Shown piece by piece: positions 18,585 to 31,036 of a stretch of DNA of 64,000 nucleotides. Within the stretch, counting starts at the first letter, position 1. Each line of letters begins with the position of its first letter. The translations under genes were made by a program, and so were the position numbers. Source of the stretch: a virus. The notes below the pieces were generated by a model. That model saw only the letters and a list, made by a program, of their open reading frames with translations. It had not been told where the DNA came from and made no database searches. The DNA lies in the IMG/VR virus record IMGVR_UViG_3300046171_000173, positions 15,594 through 79,593 of that record; one strand, 5' to 3'.

Positions 18585-18860
18585 TTAATTTGTGTATCCT
18601 ACTTTTGATCCTTTAACTGCAGCATTAGCAGCAAAAATAAAATGACCAGATTGCTTTTCAACTAATGCACTTTCTGTTCTCATTAGAGTGAAAGATCCAA
18701 CAGTTGTTCCACCTTGAGTTTCTACAATAGTTACTAAATGATCAGCACCTGTTGCTGTATTAACTAAACGAACTACAGTGGCATTATCAAAAGTTGATGC
18801 ACTACCTGACCCAGTTGGTAAAGCAGCTGCTTCCGCACCTTTAATTAATAGTCTAGTCAT
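18585..18860 (-). CDS. Small virion-associated hypothetical protein
   Basis: Intact 91 aa ORF in the head gene cluster. Confidence 0.65.
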   Translation of the reverse strand: MTRLLIKGAEAAALPTGSGSASTFDNATVVRLVNTATGADHLVTIVETQGGTTVGSFTLMRTESALVEKQSGHFIFAANAAVKGSKVGYTN

Positions 18861-19039
18861 CTTCTTCCTCTTGTGGTTCAGTATCTACTTCACTTTCATC
18901 GTCAAACATTCCGTTACCAACTGAAGGTCGAATGTCTTCAACCTTTCTTAGCAGCTTTCTGATATAATAGATCTTTTAATTCATCTGAAATCTTTGCAGC
19001 ATCAGAATCCTTTGCAATCATGTCAATAATGTTTTCCAT
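18853..19039 (-). CDS. Small acidic prohead core-like protein (gp67/68 position), one frameshift
   Basis: MENIIDMIAKDSDAAKISDELKDLLYQK... read manually; late box at ~19060. Confidence 0.6.
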
Positions 19040-19063
19040 ATTTTAAATAGGTATATATTTTAT

Positions 19064-20742
19064 TTATATCTCTGCTTTTTTGGTATCATTTGCTAGTTCT
19101 GCATCTGTTACTGCTGCTTGACCTTCTAGATCATCTTCAACTGGCACATCGCCTAAATCTCCACCTGCAATTGGTTCACCAGTTATTGGGTCAACTTGTG
19201 AAGGATCTGGTAAAATTCCATCCTTGATTTCTTGTTCGATTTGTGCATCAATCTCTTCAATTTCAGTGTCAGATTGACGAAGAACTTTCTTACGAAGATA
19301 CTCTGTTGAATAGTACTTACCAAGATATGGTTCGACAGTTGCAGCAAGACCTAATCTCTCATTCATCATTTCTGATTCTTTAAGTTCTGCAAACTGATTA
19401 TCGTATAAGAAATCATACTGAATATGATCACTCATCTTCTCCCAATCTTCTGGAGTAACAATGTTCTTAAGAATCAATTGAGTTCTCAACATGTCATTAA
19501 ACATGTTACCAAATCTCTTTCTTAATCTTCCAACAAACTTACTAAACTTAAGTTCATCTCTTAATATTTCAGATGATCTTCCTAAGTTAAATCCACCATC
19601 AGATGCGATTCTAGATTCTGGAACACCTAATGCACGATATAGTTTCTTTTGGAAGTATTCAATATCTGTAAGTTCACCTAAGTTTTGTCCACCGGGAAGT
19701 GTTGATATCTCAGTTCCTCTTCCACCTTCTCTTCTTGGCAACCAGAAATCTTCCATCATAGACATGAACTTACGATCATCTCTAACTTCACCAGTTTGTG
19801 CATTATAACTTAACTTATTACGATAGCGACTCATTACCTCTTTAAGGTACTGTTCTGCTTTTACTTTTGGAAGATTACCAACATCAATATAAAATATTCT
19901 TCTTTCTGGTGCTCTTGATAATCTGTAGATAACAAGACTATCTTCAATCATTCTTAATTGATTTAAGTGCCTTGATTGCTTTATGTAAGTATGATAAACA
20001 AGTTCCTTTATTACGATCAAATAAACCGGAGGTTACATAAGTTATTGAATCTTTAGCAATCTTAATGTTCTTTTCACGACCTGATGCAACGGGTGACATA
20101 ACACCTATTGGATAGTTAGGTTTTGGTGTATAAACATAATATTCTTCAATATCTGGATATGCAGATGTATTAACACTCTTAAGATTACTATAATCAACTA
20201 AACCATTTCCGGGTTTTGTATTACTGTCTTTCTTCTCTTGCCTAACGAATTTCATCTTCATCGGGTCAATATATCTTAATTCTTGTATTCCATCTTGAGG
20301 TCTCTTAACATCAATAACCTTCATGTAATATAATCTTCCATCTACATACCAGTTTCTAAAAATCTCATGAGACTTTTTATCAAAGTCCATGATTTCTTTT
20401 AGATGTCTAAATTCTCCTCTAATTCTATCTTTTAAACTATCACTTGCATTTACATTAGATAACTCAATTTCAATTGGAGAATCATATAGATCACTTACAA
20501 TTGCTTCATTTACAACATCTTCAATCGCATTGTCCGCTTCTGGATGCAATGCCATCTCACGATATCTTTTAATAAGATCGTACTCGGTCTTATATACTCC
20601 TTCTATATCTACATACTGTCCATAAAATCCAGACTGTATAAAATAGTCAACCCCGTCCTCATTATTCTGAGGCACAGGGGCGACTACTGAATCGGGCTTT
20701 CTTACCTGAATCATCAATGGAGAAACCGAAAAGTTTAGGCAT
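19064..20742 (-). CDS. gp20: Portal vertex protein (split by indels)
   Basis: MPKLFGFSI start at 20742; WYVDGR, NQLRMIEDSLVIYRLSRAPERRIFYIDVGNLP, EDFWLPRREGGRGTEI. Confidence 0.97.
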
Positions 20743-20745
20743 CGT

Positions 20746-20781
20746 ATAACACTATTTATTTCTATTATACACTATTTATCA
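20746..20781 (-). promoter_or_regulatory. Tandem duplicated late promoters upstream of gp20
   Basis: ATAAATAGTGT occurs twice, 20 nt apart, on the minus strand. Confidence 0.65.
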
Positions 20782-20795
20782 AATAAATCAACTTC

Positions 20796-21383
20796 TTAGT
20801 TGATCGCCTCTCCTCCGGCATTAGCTCCGGTGCCCTTGATTGCTTCCCACCATTGAACTTGGAATTCAACAGTAAACTCTTCAACGCTATCAACTGTCTC
20901 GTAAGATAGGTCAATTGCACTGATATTTGTTGGGAATATATCGTGGAACTTATAGGTTCTAAGTGTAGAACCGTCACGGTCTAATTGGTGAACATATGCA
21001 TCTGGTTGATACAATGCTGGATCTTGTGCTCCAGTTGCATCTTCCATACTATTAATGAAGTCCATCCATTTTTCCATTGCGGAACGAATGGAGAAGTCAA
21101 CATCATTAATAACTGTTACTGTCCATGTATCAAAGGTTCTGTCACCAGCAATCTTAAGTATCCTACCTCTGAAGTTAACTTCAATAGGTGTGATATTTGA
21201 CGCAGGTAATAGAGCAGCCTTAACTAAGAACCTTGATTTTTCTTTTACATCATTCTCGATCGCGATTGGATCGGGGAATGCTAATTCCACCTCAAAGAGA
21301 TTCGGTCTTGCACCGCCACCGGCCATCTTGCTCTTGAAGTCGGTGATCGTTCTAAGTGGTGGTCTGTTAAATTGGGTTGCCAT
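20796..21383 (-). CDS. gp19: Tail tube protein
   Basis: GGARPNLFEV, FRGRILKIAGDRTFDTW. Confidence 0.96.
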   Translation of the reverse strand: MATQFNRPPLRTITDFKSKMAGGGARPNLFEVELAFPDPIAIENDVKEKSRFLVKAALLPASNITPIEVNFRGRILKIAGDRTFDTWTVTVINDVDFSIRSAMEKWMDFINSMEDATGAQDPALYQPDAYVHQLDRDGSTLRTYKFHDIFPTNISAIDLSYETVDSVEEFTVEFQVQWWEAIKGTGANAGGEAIN

Positions 21384-21402
21384 TTTTGTTAATTACCTCT
21401 AG

Positions 21403-23566
21403 TTAAACAGTTCCAATAACTTCATCGAACGAGATGCCAGTTCTTGTGGCAACGAATGTAAGACCAATAAAGTTAATTGACCTTGCAGGTTTAATGAAGA
21501 TGTCTGCGACAAACTCATTACTATCTATGATGGCAGCAGTGTTATTTGTTTCATCACAAACAACTCTGAAATCAAAGATACCTCGTTTAGACTGAACATC
21601 ACGAAGGAATGGTTCAACAATGTTCACAAAGTTCGTTCTTGTGATTTCATCGTTAAACTCAAAGAGTTGGTCTCTTGCAGCAGCGGAAATTGCTTCTTCA
21701 ATGAAGATAAACAATCTACGAACATTGATACGATCAAATGCTGATGCTTTACCGAAACCGGTTTTATCACCGAATAGGATGATTCCTGCTCCGGGTGAAA
21801 AGATCACAGGGTTGATTCTATTACCATATAGAACATCTCTCTGTGTTTGATTAGGTGTATATGCAAGTTTAACTGCATTTAAAATTCCACCTCTCGCTGT
21901 TCCCGCTGGTGAGAACCAAGGGAAGTTGTTGATGTCATTTCTTGCACATGTTCCACCAATATCACCATTTAATGGGATATATCTGAATGTGTCAGAGAAT
22001 CTATCGAACATATACTTGTATCCACTATCGAATACCGCATATGAAGATGATGTAAGTGGTGCATAGAATCCAACCACATTACTTGTCATATCAGCAGCAG
22101 AGTTTAGTGTTCCTGTTCCGACTGCAGAGTCGTTAAGGAATGATCCTCTGTTTGGTGAGATGAATGCTACAACATCTTTTCTTAACTCAGCAATTGAGAT
22201 AAGTTTGTTTGCTAATGCTTGTGCATCTGCTTGTGGGTAGTTTGCAGAACCCATGAGTAAGAAGTCAATATCAAACTCTTCCTTGTTTTCAAACAAGTCA
22301 TATCCTGCAGTAATTCCACCTAAACTTGCACTCATTGCACCTGCTGTCAAGGTAGCAGCACCGTTATAGTTCTCTCCACCTGTAAGAGTCTTTGTTAAAA
22401 CTCCAGATCCAGCGAAAGAAATACCTTGTGCATCTTGATCCCATGCGACATCAGTTTGCTTAGTGAATCCACCAGCTACAAATGCAGTAGTTGTGATTCC
22501 AGATGATGCAAGTGTTGGGCCACCCATACCAAATATATTGGATGAGTTATTGTAAATATACTTTCTCCAGTAGGATGGTGATCCAGCAGAGAACTCAGCA
22601 TCTTTTGCTTTTGAAAGTCCTAAGTGCTTCTCAAGAACTGTACCAGCATTTCCTGTTACTGTTCCTTTGTCATCGATGACTACAACATGAACTTCATCAA
22701 ATCTTGAACTTCTTGCTGTTGCATAAGATGATGTTCCGGGTCTTTCTGCAATTGTATTCCAGTTGATAGTAGAGTTACTTAAAGTAATCTTCTGCTGATC
22801 AAACCAGTCTAAAGGTGTTGCTGCAGTTGTTGTGCTACCACCACCTGTGTTAGCAGACATACCGTAACTAATTACACCAGCACCGAATTTGTAAACTCCA
22901 CCGGGTTGATAATCCTTTGTAGTCTCAATACCTGCATTAGATACATGAGATACAAACTTAACACCGATTGCACTACTGTTTACTTCAGTAATGATTCCTT
23001 TAAAGTAACCATCAAGTAAAGAAGTTGTACCAGCACCGGGTAAAACTGTTCCTGAAGGAACTGCTTGAGTTACACCAGCACCAACTGTTAAGGTTGTTAT
23101 ACCTGCAGTTACTATCTGATCTGCTTTACCGTCAATTATGCAAACTTTAATATCGTTTGCCCAAGAACCGGGGTTTCTTGCTGCGACAACTGTATTTGAT
23201 AAAGCATTGAGATCATAACCTTTGTTATTATAATCTTGTGTACTTAATATTTTTATCTCAGGCGAACCATCGTCAGTTGCATTTGCTAGGTCGCTATCGT
23301 CCGATCTCACAACACTTAAGATACCACCATATGAAAGATATGATGAAGCAGTCAACCAATATTCATAGTGCTTGTCTATGTCTAGTGGTTCACCGAATGT
23401 ATCAATTAAGTCTTGTTCGTTTTCAATCGTAGTAGGTTCATTGACCGGGCCCCTTTTGGAAAGGAGCAACAATACCAGCAGCCTTAGTGGTTGCGGTATC
23501 GACTCTACCAATGGTAAGGTCAACTTCTCTAACAACGAGTCCGGGAGATGCTAAATTTAGAGGCAT
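21403..23566 (-). CDS. gp18: Tail sheath protein (N-terminus frameshifted)
   Basis: MPLNLASPGLVVREVD start at 23566; PWFSPAG, FDRINVRRLF, IKPARSINFI. Confidence 0.97.
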
Positions 23567-23647
23567 CTTGTATTCTCCGTAATGTCCAGAATTAATCTGA
23601 AATTATTTATTAAAACCCATGTTTATAGTGGGGAAACAGTGCATGAA

Positions 23648-23884
23648 CTACCAATCTGGGTATTCCCATTTGTTATTAATCGTCTTTTTAGTCCTTTTAA
23701 CTCTTAGTTTAGTACAATCTTTACATTCGTATGAATATGAGGATAAAGTGGTTCGATTTCTTCTTGTTACATAAAAATCTTCCATAAGAGTCTTAACAAC
23801 TCCGCATGACCTACATTTTCTTTCTGTAAATAATAGATGTTCTAATTCAACTTGATCATCTAAATCCACTAGTAATAATCCCAC
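23648..23884 (-). CDS. Small Zn-ribbon protein (CRSC...CKDC)
   Basis: Two CxxC pairs; conserved position between gp17 and gp18. Confidence 0.65.
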   Translation of the reverse strand: MGLLLVDLDDQVELEHLLFTERKCRSCGVVKTLMEDFYVTRRNRTTLSSYSYECKDCTKLRVKRTKKTINNKWEYPDW

Positions 23885-25517
23885 ATATATGATCGATCAC
23901 CATATTCATCCACCTGCCAAGTATCACCCTGACCATCAGTAAAGGAAGTTTCATCTAAACCATCTTGAATAAATCCGAATGGTGCCATATCTTGTTCAAT
24001 TTGATTTCTTTGTTCTTCATATAATCTCTTTCGTATATCATTATCAGTCATTTCTTTGAAATAATCTTGTGCAACTAACCATGCAAATATAACTAAACAC
24101 ATTGCTAAGTCATCATTACAACCCTCTTCTGCCTCAAAAGAGTTATGTTTTTGTGAAAAAGTAGTCAATTCTGATATGATTTCATAATCCTTCACGAGTA
24201 TTTTATCATCCTCAAGTAAAGTTTTGAGGTTTGAGCATCCTAATTTCTTAACAGCAGCAGTAGTTCTGACACCTAACTGTGTCTTTTTACCGGAAAATCC
24301 TGTTCCTACTACCTGTCCTGCACGACCTCTCATGGATGCCATGAGTAAATTATCATATTCAAGATCATAATGAATGATACTTGCAACCTGATCTCCGATA
24401 TCATTTACCTTCAACTAAAAGAAAAGCATCATTATATCCTTTTGCAACATCATAAATGACGCTAGGAAATAACATTGGTTTTATTTCGTTATTTTTATAT
24501 TTGGCAACTATATTGTATGGAAAATTAGTTATATCTACAACTATAAATGCTGAATAGTCATTGCCCAATCCACGAGCCACATCAACTGTAATTAAATACT
24601 GGTGATTAGGTATAGGTCTTTCATGCACATCTAATCCGGCATTTTTAGTTATTGGGTTTCTCATATACTAAGTTTTTAAGTTTAGCAGGATTAATAAGTG
24701 TATTGACAGATCCTAAGAACTCACATTCAAACTCAACTTTAAATTGTTGCTCTGATGTGTTTGCAATTGTTTGATCTCTCCATTCTTCATCTCTCCCCGG
24801 AACTTCTGACCAATGAACTTCTGTTGGTACATATTCATTTTTACCTCTTTCTGAGTCATGCCACATACGGTAGAAATGATTCATACCTCGTGGTGTCGAG
24901 ACTATTATGACTTTGGTGCTTTGGCCAGAAGAAATAGTAGGATAAACAGAGGCAAAGAAGTCGTCAGCAATGTGATTCGGGATAAAAGCGAACTCGTCGA
25001 GAAAGATGACATTATAGGAACCGCCTCGGACAGCAGATGAAGAAGTAGAGTTAGCTGATATTTTGGATCCATTTTCTAATTCCAGAGAACCTTTATTCCA
25101 TGCAATAATACCCTGTTGCATCCATTTTGGCAAGTTTTCGTATGCCAACTGTAATCTGCCTAATAAATCACGGGCAGTTGATGCTTTGTTTGCAAGTATT
25201 GCAATGTTTACATTATCATTAAAAACAGCATAATGTAATAAGTATGATACACAAGTCGTTGACTTTCCAGTCTGACGAGGCATTTTACAGATATTGAATC
25301 TACTCTCGTGGAAATTTCTAATTAATTTCTCTTGGAAATCATAGAGACTAAAAGGAACTAGTCCACTATCAAGAGAAACTATCTTAATATATTTTCTTGC
25401 AAAATAAACTGGATCTTCCTTACATCGCACAAACTCAAGTATTTGATCTTGAGTAAAGTTGATTGCAGTGTTTGCTTTTTTTAGATTCGGATTTCCAAGG
25501 TAAACATTATCAGACAT
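23869..25517 (-). CDS. gp17: Terminase large subunit (split into 3 ORFs)
   Basis: PRQTGKST, FLDEFAF, STPRG, DVARG, DDLAM. Confidence 0.97.
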
Positions 25518-25524
25518 AATTTAA

Positions 25525-27884
25525 TCAGCAGTTCCAGCGTCTTCGTGCTTGTCTTAATCGACTATCCGGATCTTTTGCTGCTTTTGGAAACTTTTTCATT
25601 TGCCCTGCACTTCGTGCACAGTAACTTTTTCTTCTATTCGATGCTTTAGAACCTTTCTTTAATTTGGAAGGTTCTGTAGTTACAGCAGTCTTTAATTTTG
25701 ATCCGGGATTTTTACGACGATATGCTTCGACACCTTTTTGTGTCATTCCAGCACCTGATTTTGTGGGTCTCTTGTGTCCAGACTTGACACTCATACCCTT
25801 CATATCGTCTTCAGATAACTTTTTTACTTCGTCCTTACCCTCATAACCTATTTCATCTCTCCAGTTTACCATAGATTCACCGACTTTTTTCTTCACACAG
25901 TTTGGATATCTCTTACCAAACATAGTTTTCATACCTTTCTTCTCATAACCTTTCCAGCACTTTTCATCTAGATTCTCTTCCTTCATACCTTTTTTCTTTT
26001 TCTTAGCAACCATTAAGTCCATGATTCTCTGTTTCTTAGAGATTGCAATTGCTGCCTGTTGTGCAGGATTCATTGCTTCACTTGTGACACCTGCTTTTGA
26101 TCTTTCTTTTTCAGAGATGCTCTTAATGATCATCTTTAACTTTGCTCTCTTACCATATGGATTTGGTTTTTTATTATCAAATCCTGCCATTGCACCTTTT
26201 GGTTTACCATCTCCTTTAAAGATACCGTATGATGCACCTTCAGCAGTTGTAGTGGTATGATCTTCATCAGGAGTGTTTGTTGCAAGATTTTTTGCTTTTT
26301 GTTTTTTAGAGATCTTTGGGCCACCTATCGGATCGCCATACTCATCTCTTTTCATTTCACCTAAATCAGTTCTCCAATCAGAAGGATTAAGTGGTTCTGG
26401 TTTGATGATATCTACTGCTTCAACTTCAGTAAACTTGATATCGTCTTTCTTCCAATCTTGAACTAACAATTCACTCTCAATCACACTGTTTTCTTTCATG
26501 TGATCTGCTGCCTTGTATAAGGGTTTACCAGTCTTCACACTCTTTTTACCTGCCTTATAATCCTGATATGCTTTGGTATTTGCTTTTTTATCAGCGTTAG
26601 TTACAGTCATTGGCATTTCTAATCCCTCTGACTTATTACCCCAGTTTGCAGCACCTACTTTACGACACTTAACTAATGCACCTGATGCATATGCACTTGG
26701 CCATACAGAGTATCTTGACTTAACTTTATGATAGCAAGCATCTTTAGATCCACTACCTTTACCTTTCTTATCTTTTACTTCACTAATAATATCATATATT
26801 GTTCCTGTTTCTGAACGATACTTTTCTTTTGGTTCATTTGGTATTACATACTCAACACTAAGTTCGTCTCCAACTTCTACATTGTTCTCTGCAAACCATC
26901 CACGATTTACTTCGATTGCTAATTCAATCGCACCTTCTGAATATACTGGACTGGATTATTTGGTTCTAATTCTTTAATACTTTCGATAACACCATCTTCT
27001 CTGATAAATGCAATATCAAGAGGAATCTTAGTTTCAGTCATATGAAAAGACTGTTGTGCAATATTATCAAATACAAAAAGCATACCGCCATCTGTATCTA
27101 AACTTTCACGGAACATTAATCCTTGTTTGAAATCTAAAGAACTCTTGTGGAAGTTCTAATCTCAAAGGTAATGTTGTAAATTCTTCTTTCATTTTTTTCT
27201 TTGGATCAGTTGATACCATTGTTGGTGCTGCTGCACCTGATTTTTGTGGTTGACCGGGATCTGCTGCTCTTTTTCTTCTTGCAGCACTATCTCTTTCCTT
27301 ATCACTCATAGATGATCTCTTTGATGAAGAGGTACATTTAGGAGTTGTTTTTTGACCGGGTTGGCGAGCACAAGGGCTTACCATCATATTTACCACCAAC
27401 TTGAACCCAACCTTTTACTTTGCGTCCAGACTTAGTAGTTCCACTTGATTTACCAAACCAAGCACGAAGACCTTCTTCGTTAACTTCTTTACTATCAAGA
27501 TAATCTGCAGCAGTATCTAAGTAATCAGATGCCTTAGTTATCTTTGATTGAACCCATGCCTTGAAATTGTCTTTCTTGCGTGAATGTTTGACAATCCTCT
27601 TAGATGCTCTACCTGCAGTCTTCAATTGATTACGAATCATTTCTGGTTCATGATCACCATGCTTATCTTCATTCATTGCTTTTTCTAAATCATCTGCTTG
27701 TTTTGCATGTGTTTTAGAACCACTCTTTAGTTTTTTAACCAAATGTTTTATAAATGGTTTATCTTTTTTATCTAAAGTTTCTTTCATAAGGAAACCATCA
27801 TCACGAACGAATAGATCCTTCGGGAATTGGTTTACACTTCTGATCAGTGTTGCAATAGTAATATCCTTTTTTACAGGATTTCAT
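25525..27884 (-). CDS. Large modular basic protein (~785 aa after correcting ~4 indels) with a DUF192-like domain and a C-terminal DUF6321-like module
   Basis: Starts MKSCKKGYYYC at 27884 (TAATG overlap with gp16). Fragments 27338-27787, 27106-27399 and 26919-27116 join by single-base shifts, and the frame is open from ~26940 to 25525. Motifs GLMFRESL..GMLF and RRKSYCARS..RRRWNC. Confidence 0.7.
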
Positions 27885-28321
27885 TATTCAGTAGTTTCTG
27901 AGTCATTATTATTTAGAATACCTTGTTTTAGTAATTTTGACAACTCGCTTGTAGATCCAACAAATAAGGCATTATTCGTGACATTATTTTGTGTTTTAGT
28001 ACCCTCTTCATCTATATCTTTCATCTTCTTCTGAAGATCCATCAACTTATCTGTACTATCTGCAACTGATTTAATTAACTGTCCTGCAACTTCATATGCT
28101 CTTGGACTTGCACTTTCACCAGCAACTTCCATAATACCATTGATTGCTTCTTGTCCCTTTTCAATTAGAGAATATAATTGACCTCTTGTATACTTATAAT
28201 CTTTCTCAACATCATTCTTTTTTAAAGCAACATTAGGTAAATCAGGTTTTGATTCATCTTTTTTTATAATCGATGTTTCAACATTTAAAGATTTTTCAAT
28301 ATCACCAAAATTAGTGTTCAT
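27884..28321 (-). CDS. gp16: Terminase small subunit
   Basis: SPRAYEVAGQLIK, NALFVGSTSEL. Confidence 0.92.
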   Translation of the reverse strand: MNTNFGDIEKSLNVETSIIKKDESKPDLPNVALKKNDVEKDYKYTRGQLYSLIEKGQEAINGIMEVAGESASPRAYEVAGQLIKSVADSTDKLMDLQKKMKDIDEEGTKTQNNVTNNALFVGSTSELSKLLKQGILNNNDSETTE

Positions 28322-29367
28322 TATGAGTCTGTCCTTGTTGCAGGATTGAATTGTAATGAATCAGTAAAGATACTGGAAGATTCACTAAATCCAAAATCGT
28401 CACCAATATCTATAAGATTATCATCTGCTGTAGTTAATTTATTAACCTTTGCCTGTTCAAGATGCTCGACTTTAAGTGTTCTATCAAATCCTCTTTTAAC
28501 GACCAAAGTAGGTTGCATCAGGTTTTTCTTTCACCTGCATTACCTCACTATCAATTACAATACGATCTCCAACAGAGAAGTTGGATGTATCATTTACTGT
28601 TATTCTAACTGCTGTTGCTGAGATGTTAAATGTTAGAACTTCTGTATTCGCACCATCATAATCTTTAACTGCTTTTGGTGTAGCAACATAACGAAGTTCT
28701 CTTCTCTTATTCTCACGATCCATGTTAGTGTGATAATCCAACTGAACCTTCTTAATAAGTCCTTCAGGAGTATCAGCAACAGGGCCGAATAGATAAGTTT
28801 TAGCAGTAAAACTGAGTGTGTATATTAATGCTCTTCTTGTTGCAAAATCTCCTTCGTAATCATCTTGAATGATATATTATCTAATACAACACTAATATCT
28901 CTTTTCTCTCCAATGACACTTACTAAGTCTACAGTTAAATTAAAAGATGGTTGAAAGAATGGTAGTATTTGTTCAACTATCTGAAGTCCATCATCGTTTA
29001 GTTTAACTAAGACATTTAATTCAAAACCAATATTATATGGAACTGGCATGAAAACTTTTCTTAAATTTGTTCCATCAGATGCTTTGAATGTTTGTGTAAT
29101 TGATGATTTTCTTGTTGCATCATAAGCAATGTTTGTCATCTCAAAAGACATTCTAGGTAATGTAATTTGAGTTGCACGATTTAAATCAGGTTGTTGTTCA
29201 ATTCTTGCTAAAAACTTTTGCATTGGGCCGTATGCCAAAGCAACTTTCATATCGCTAATTGATTTACCAGTATTATCCTTATGACGTATATGAATATCAT
29301 TGAACAATGTTCCAAACGATATAACCGTCTTTCTAAGTATTTCGTGATAAAAATAAGTGCCTAACAT
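28321..29367 (-). CDS. gp15: Proximal tail sheath stabilizer (split by indels)
   Basis: YFYHEILRKTVISFGTLFNDI, LPRMSFE, QIVEQILPFFQP. Confidence 0.93.
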
Positions 29368-31031
29368 TAATATGTACCAAATGGGTTAGTTTCTGCAAAA
29401 TCAATGATGTTATCTGCCTCAAGTTCAAATTCATCATTATCACTGTATGCATCGTATATATCTTCCTGTTGATATTGGCGAACATTGTATGCAACAAATG
29501 ATGTTGTACCTATGGATATTGATGTAGTTGTTACACCAGTGTTTATAGATGGATCGGCAATGGTTATTTGACTATTTCCAATTCCTATTATTGTAACCCC
29601 AAGTCCAATGACATTATCAATCGCTGATACTGCAGCACCAACTGTTAAACCGGTGGTGTTAACACCTGTCAATACTGTGGTAGATATACCAATTACTGTT
29701 GTTTTATCACTAGAAGGGACAAAAATTGTTTTATATGATCTATGTCCTGTTCCGGCATCGATGCCAATTTGAATTCTAACTTCTTCACCCGGAATAAATC
29801 CATTCACTGTTGATCCAATTCCAACATTAGAAATCTTAAGAACCTTAGTATCTGCATCCCATGATTTGACTCTTGCTTCTGTATGTGATGTCTGACCAAC
29901 AATAAGATCATTAAGTAAGTAATTACCACGACCAGTAATAATATTTGGATCTCCGATTGTAACTGCTGGTGCAACTGTATATCCAACTCCGGGGTTAACG
30001 GGTCTTATAGACGATACTTTCGCATTTCCGACATCAACCACCACTGATGCAGTTGCAGTCGTTCCAGCACCGCTAGGCCCTGCAATGGTGACAGTTGGTT
30101 GTGTAGTATATCCTGATCCTTCTGCAGTAATCGTATATGATATCACACCTCTTCCAGATGTTGTCAATCCACAAGTTGCGATTGCTCCACTTCCACCACC
30201 ACCAATAATACTAATATCAGGTGCAACGGTATATCCAGCACCTGCGTTTGTTAGTACAAGTTCTTTAATTGAGAAGACACCATTCCTTTCAGTTGTGATT
30301 GCAACAGCAGATGCGTTTACACCTGTTGCAGATCTTGAAGTTGAAATGAATACTGTTGGTAATGATGTATAACCAGATCCATCATTAAGTATTGTGAGTG
30401 AATTTAGATATCCTGATTGAGCAGGTGCAAGAGTTGCAGATGCAGTCGCTGTTGCACCTGACCCAACAAGATTGAGTGTTGTAATAAATCCTTGATCTTC
30501 AACCTCAGAATCAATTATATCTAAACCAGTATCAATAACCTCATCCTCATATTCAAAGAGTTCACATTGAAGTTGATAAACATAGTTCTTACCTAACTGA
30601 TAGAAAGGTTGTTCATGTTCTACAAACTTAACTTCAAATAATCTTGATCCTAATGGGAAGAATATTAAATCACCCTCTCTTGGTCTTGATCCCAATTCAT
30701 AATCAGATGGATCTAAAAATGGAGCAATAAAATCTGTAAATCTTTCTTGCGATATTGTAAGTGTAACCTCATCCTTCAAACTTACACCAAACTTCGTCAT
30801 AATATCACCAGCACCTGAATATCCCTCATATGTATTCACATATGCTTCCAATAAAAAATTATCATCAAATTTAGATGATTGTACCTCTTCTATAATTGAT
30901 GTTTTGTTTACAAATTTTCTCGGAATATAAGTAATCTCCACCCCATAAATTTGCAGTTGCTCATTTATGAGATTTTGTATTAATCTCTGTTCACCGGGAG
31001 ATCCTTGTAGAAAAAAGGGATTGAGTGCCAT
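29367..31031 (-). CDS. gp14: Neck protein with inserted Gly/Thr-rich beta repeats
   Basis: RPREGDLIFFP, FEVKFVEHEQPFYQLG, DFAETNPFG. Confidence 0.92.
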   Translation of the reverse strand: MALNPFFLQGSPGEQRLIQNLINEQLQIYGVEITYIPRKFVNKTSIIEEVQSSKFDDNFLLEAYVNTYEGYSGAGDIMTKFGVSLKDEVTLTISQERFTDFIAPFLDPSDYELGSRPREGDLIFFPLGSRLFEVKFVEHEQPFYQLGKNYVYQLQCELFEYEDEVIDTGLDIIDSEVEDQGFITTLNLVGSGATATASATLAPAQSGYLNSLTILNDGSGYTSLPTVFISTSRSATGVNASAVAITTERNGVFSIKELVLTNAGAGYTVAPDISIIGGGGSGAIATCGLTTSGRGVISYTITAEGSGYTTQPTVTIAGPSGAGTTATASVVVDVGNAKVSSIRPVNPGVGYTVAPAVTIGDPNIITGRGNYLLNDLIVGQTSHTEARVKSWDADTKVLKISNVGIGSTVNGFIPGEEVRIQIGIDAGTGHRSYKTIFVPSSDKTTVIGISTTVLTGVNTTGLTVGAAVSAIDNVIGLGVTIIGIGNSQITIADPSINTGVTTTSISIGTTSFVAYNVRQYQQEDIYDAYSDNDEFELEADNIIDFAETNPFGTY

Positions 31032-31036
31032 ACATT

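Noticed and set aside
23648-23884. Homing endonuclease or intron at the terminase
   Set aside because: Only a short Zn ribbon with no HNH or GIY-YIG catalytic motif, and gp17 is not interrupted by an insertion
17926-25517. Programmed frameshifting or pseudogenisation of gp21, gp20, gp18 and gp17
   Set aside because: No common slippery motif, both +1 and -1 shifts occur, and the genes are essential; sequencing error is more parsimonious
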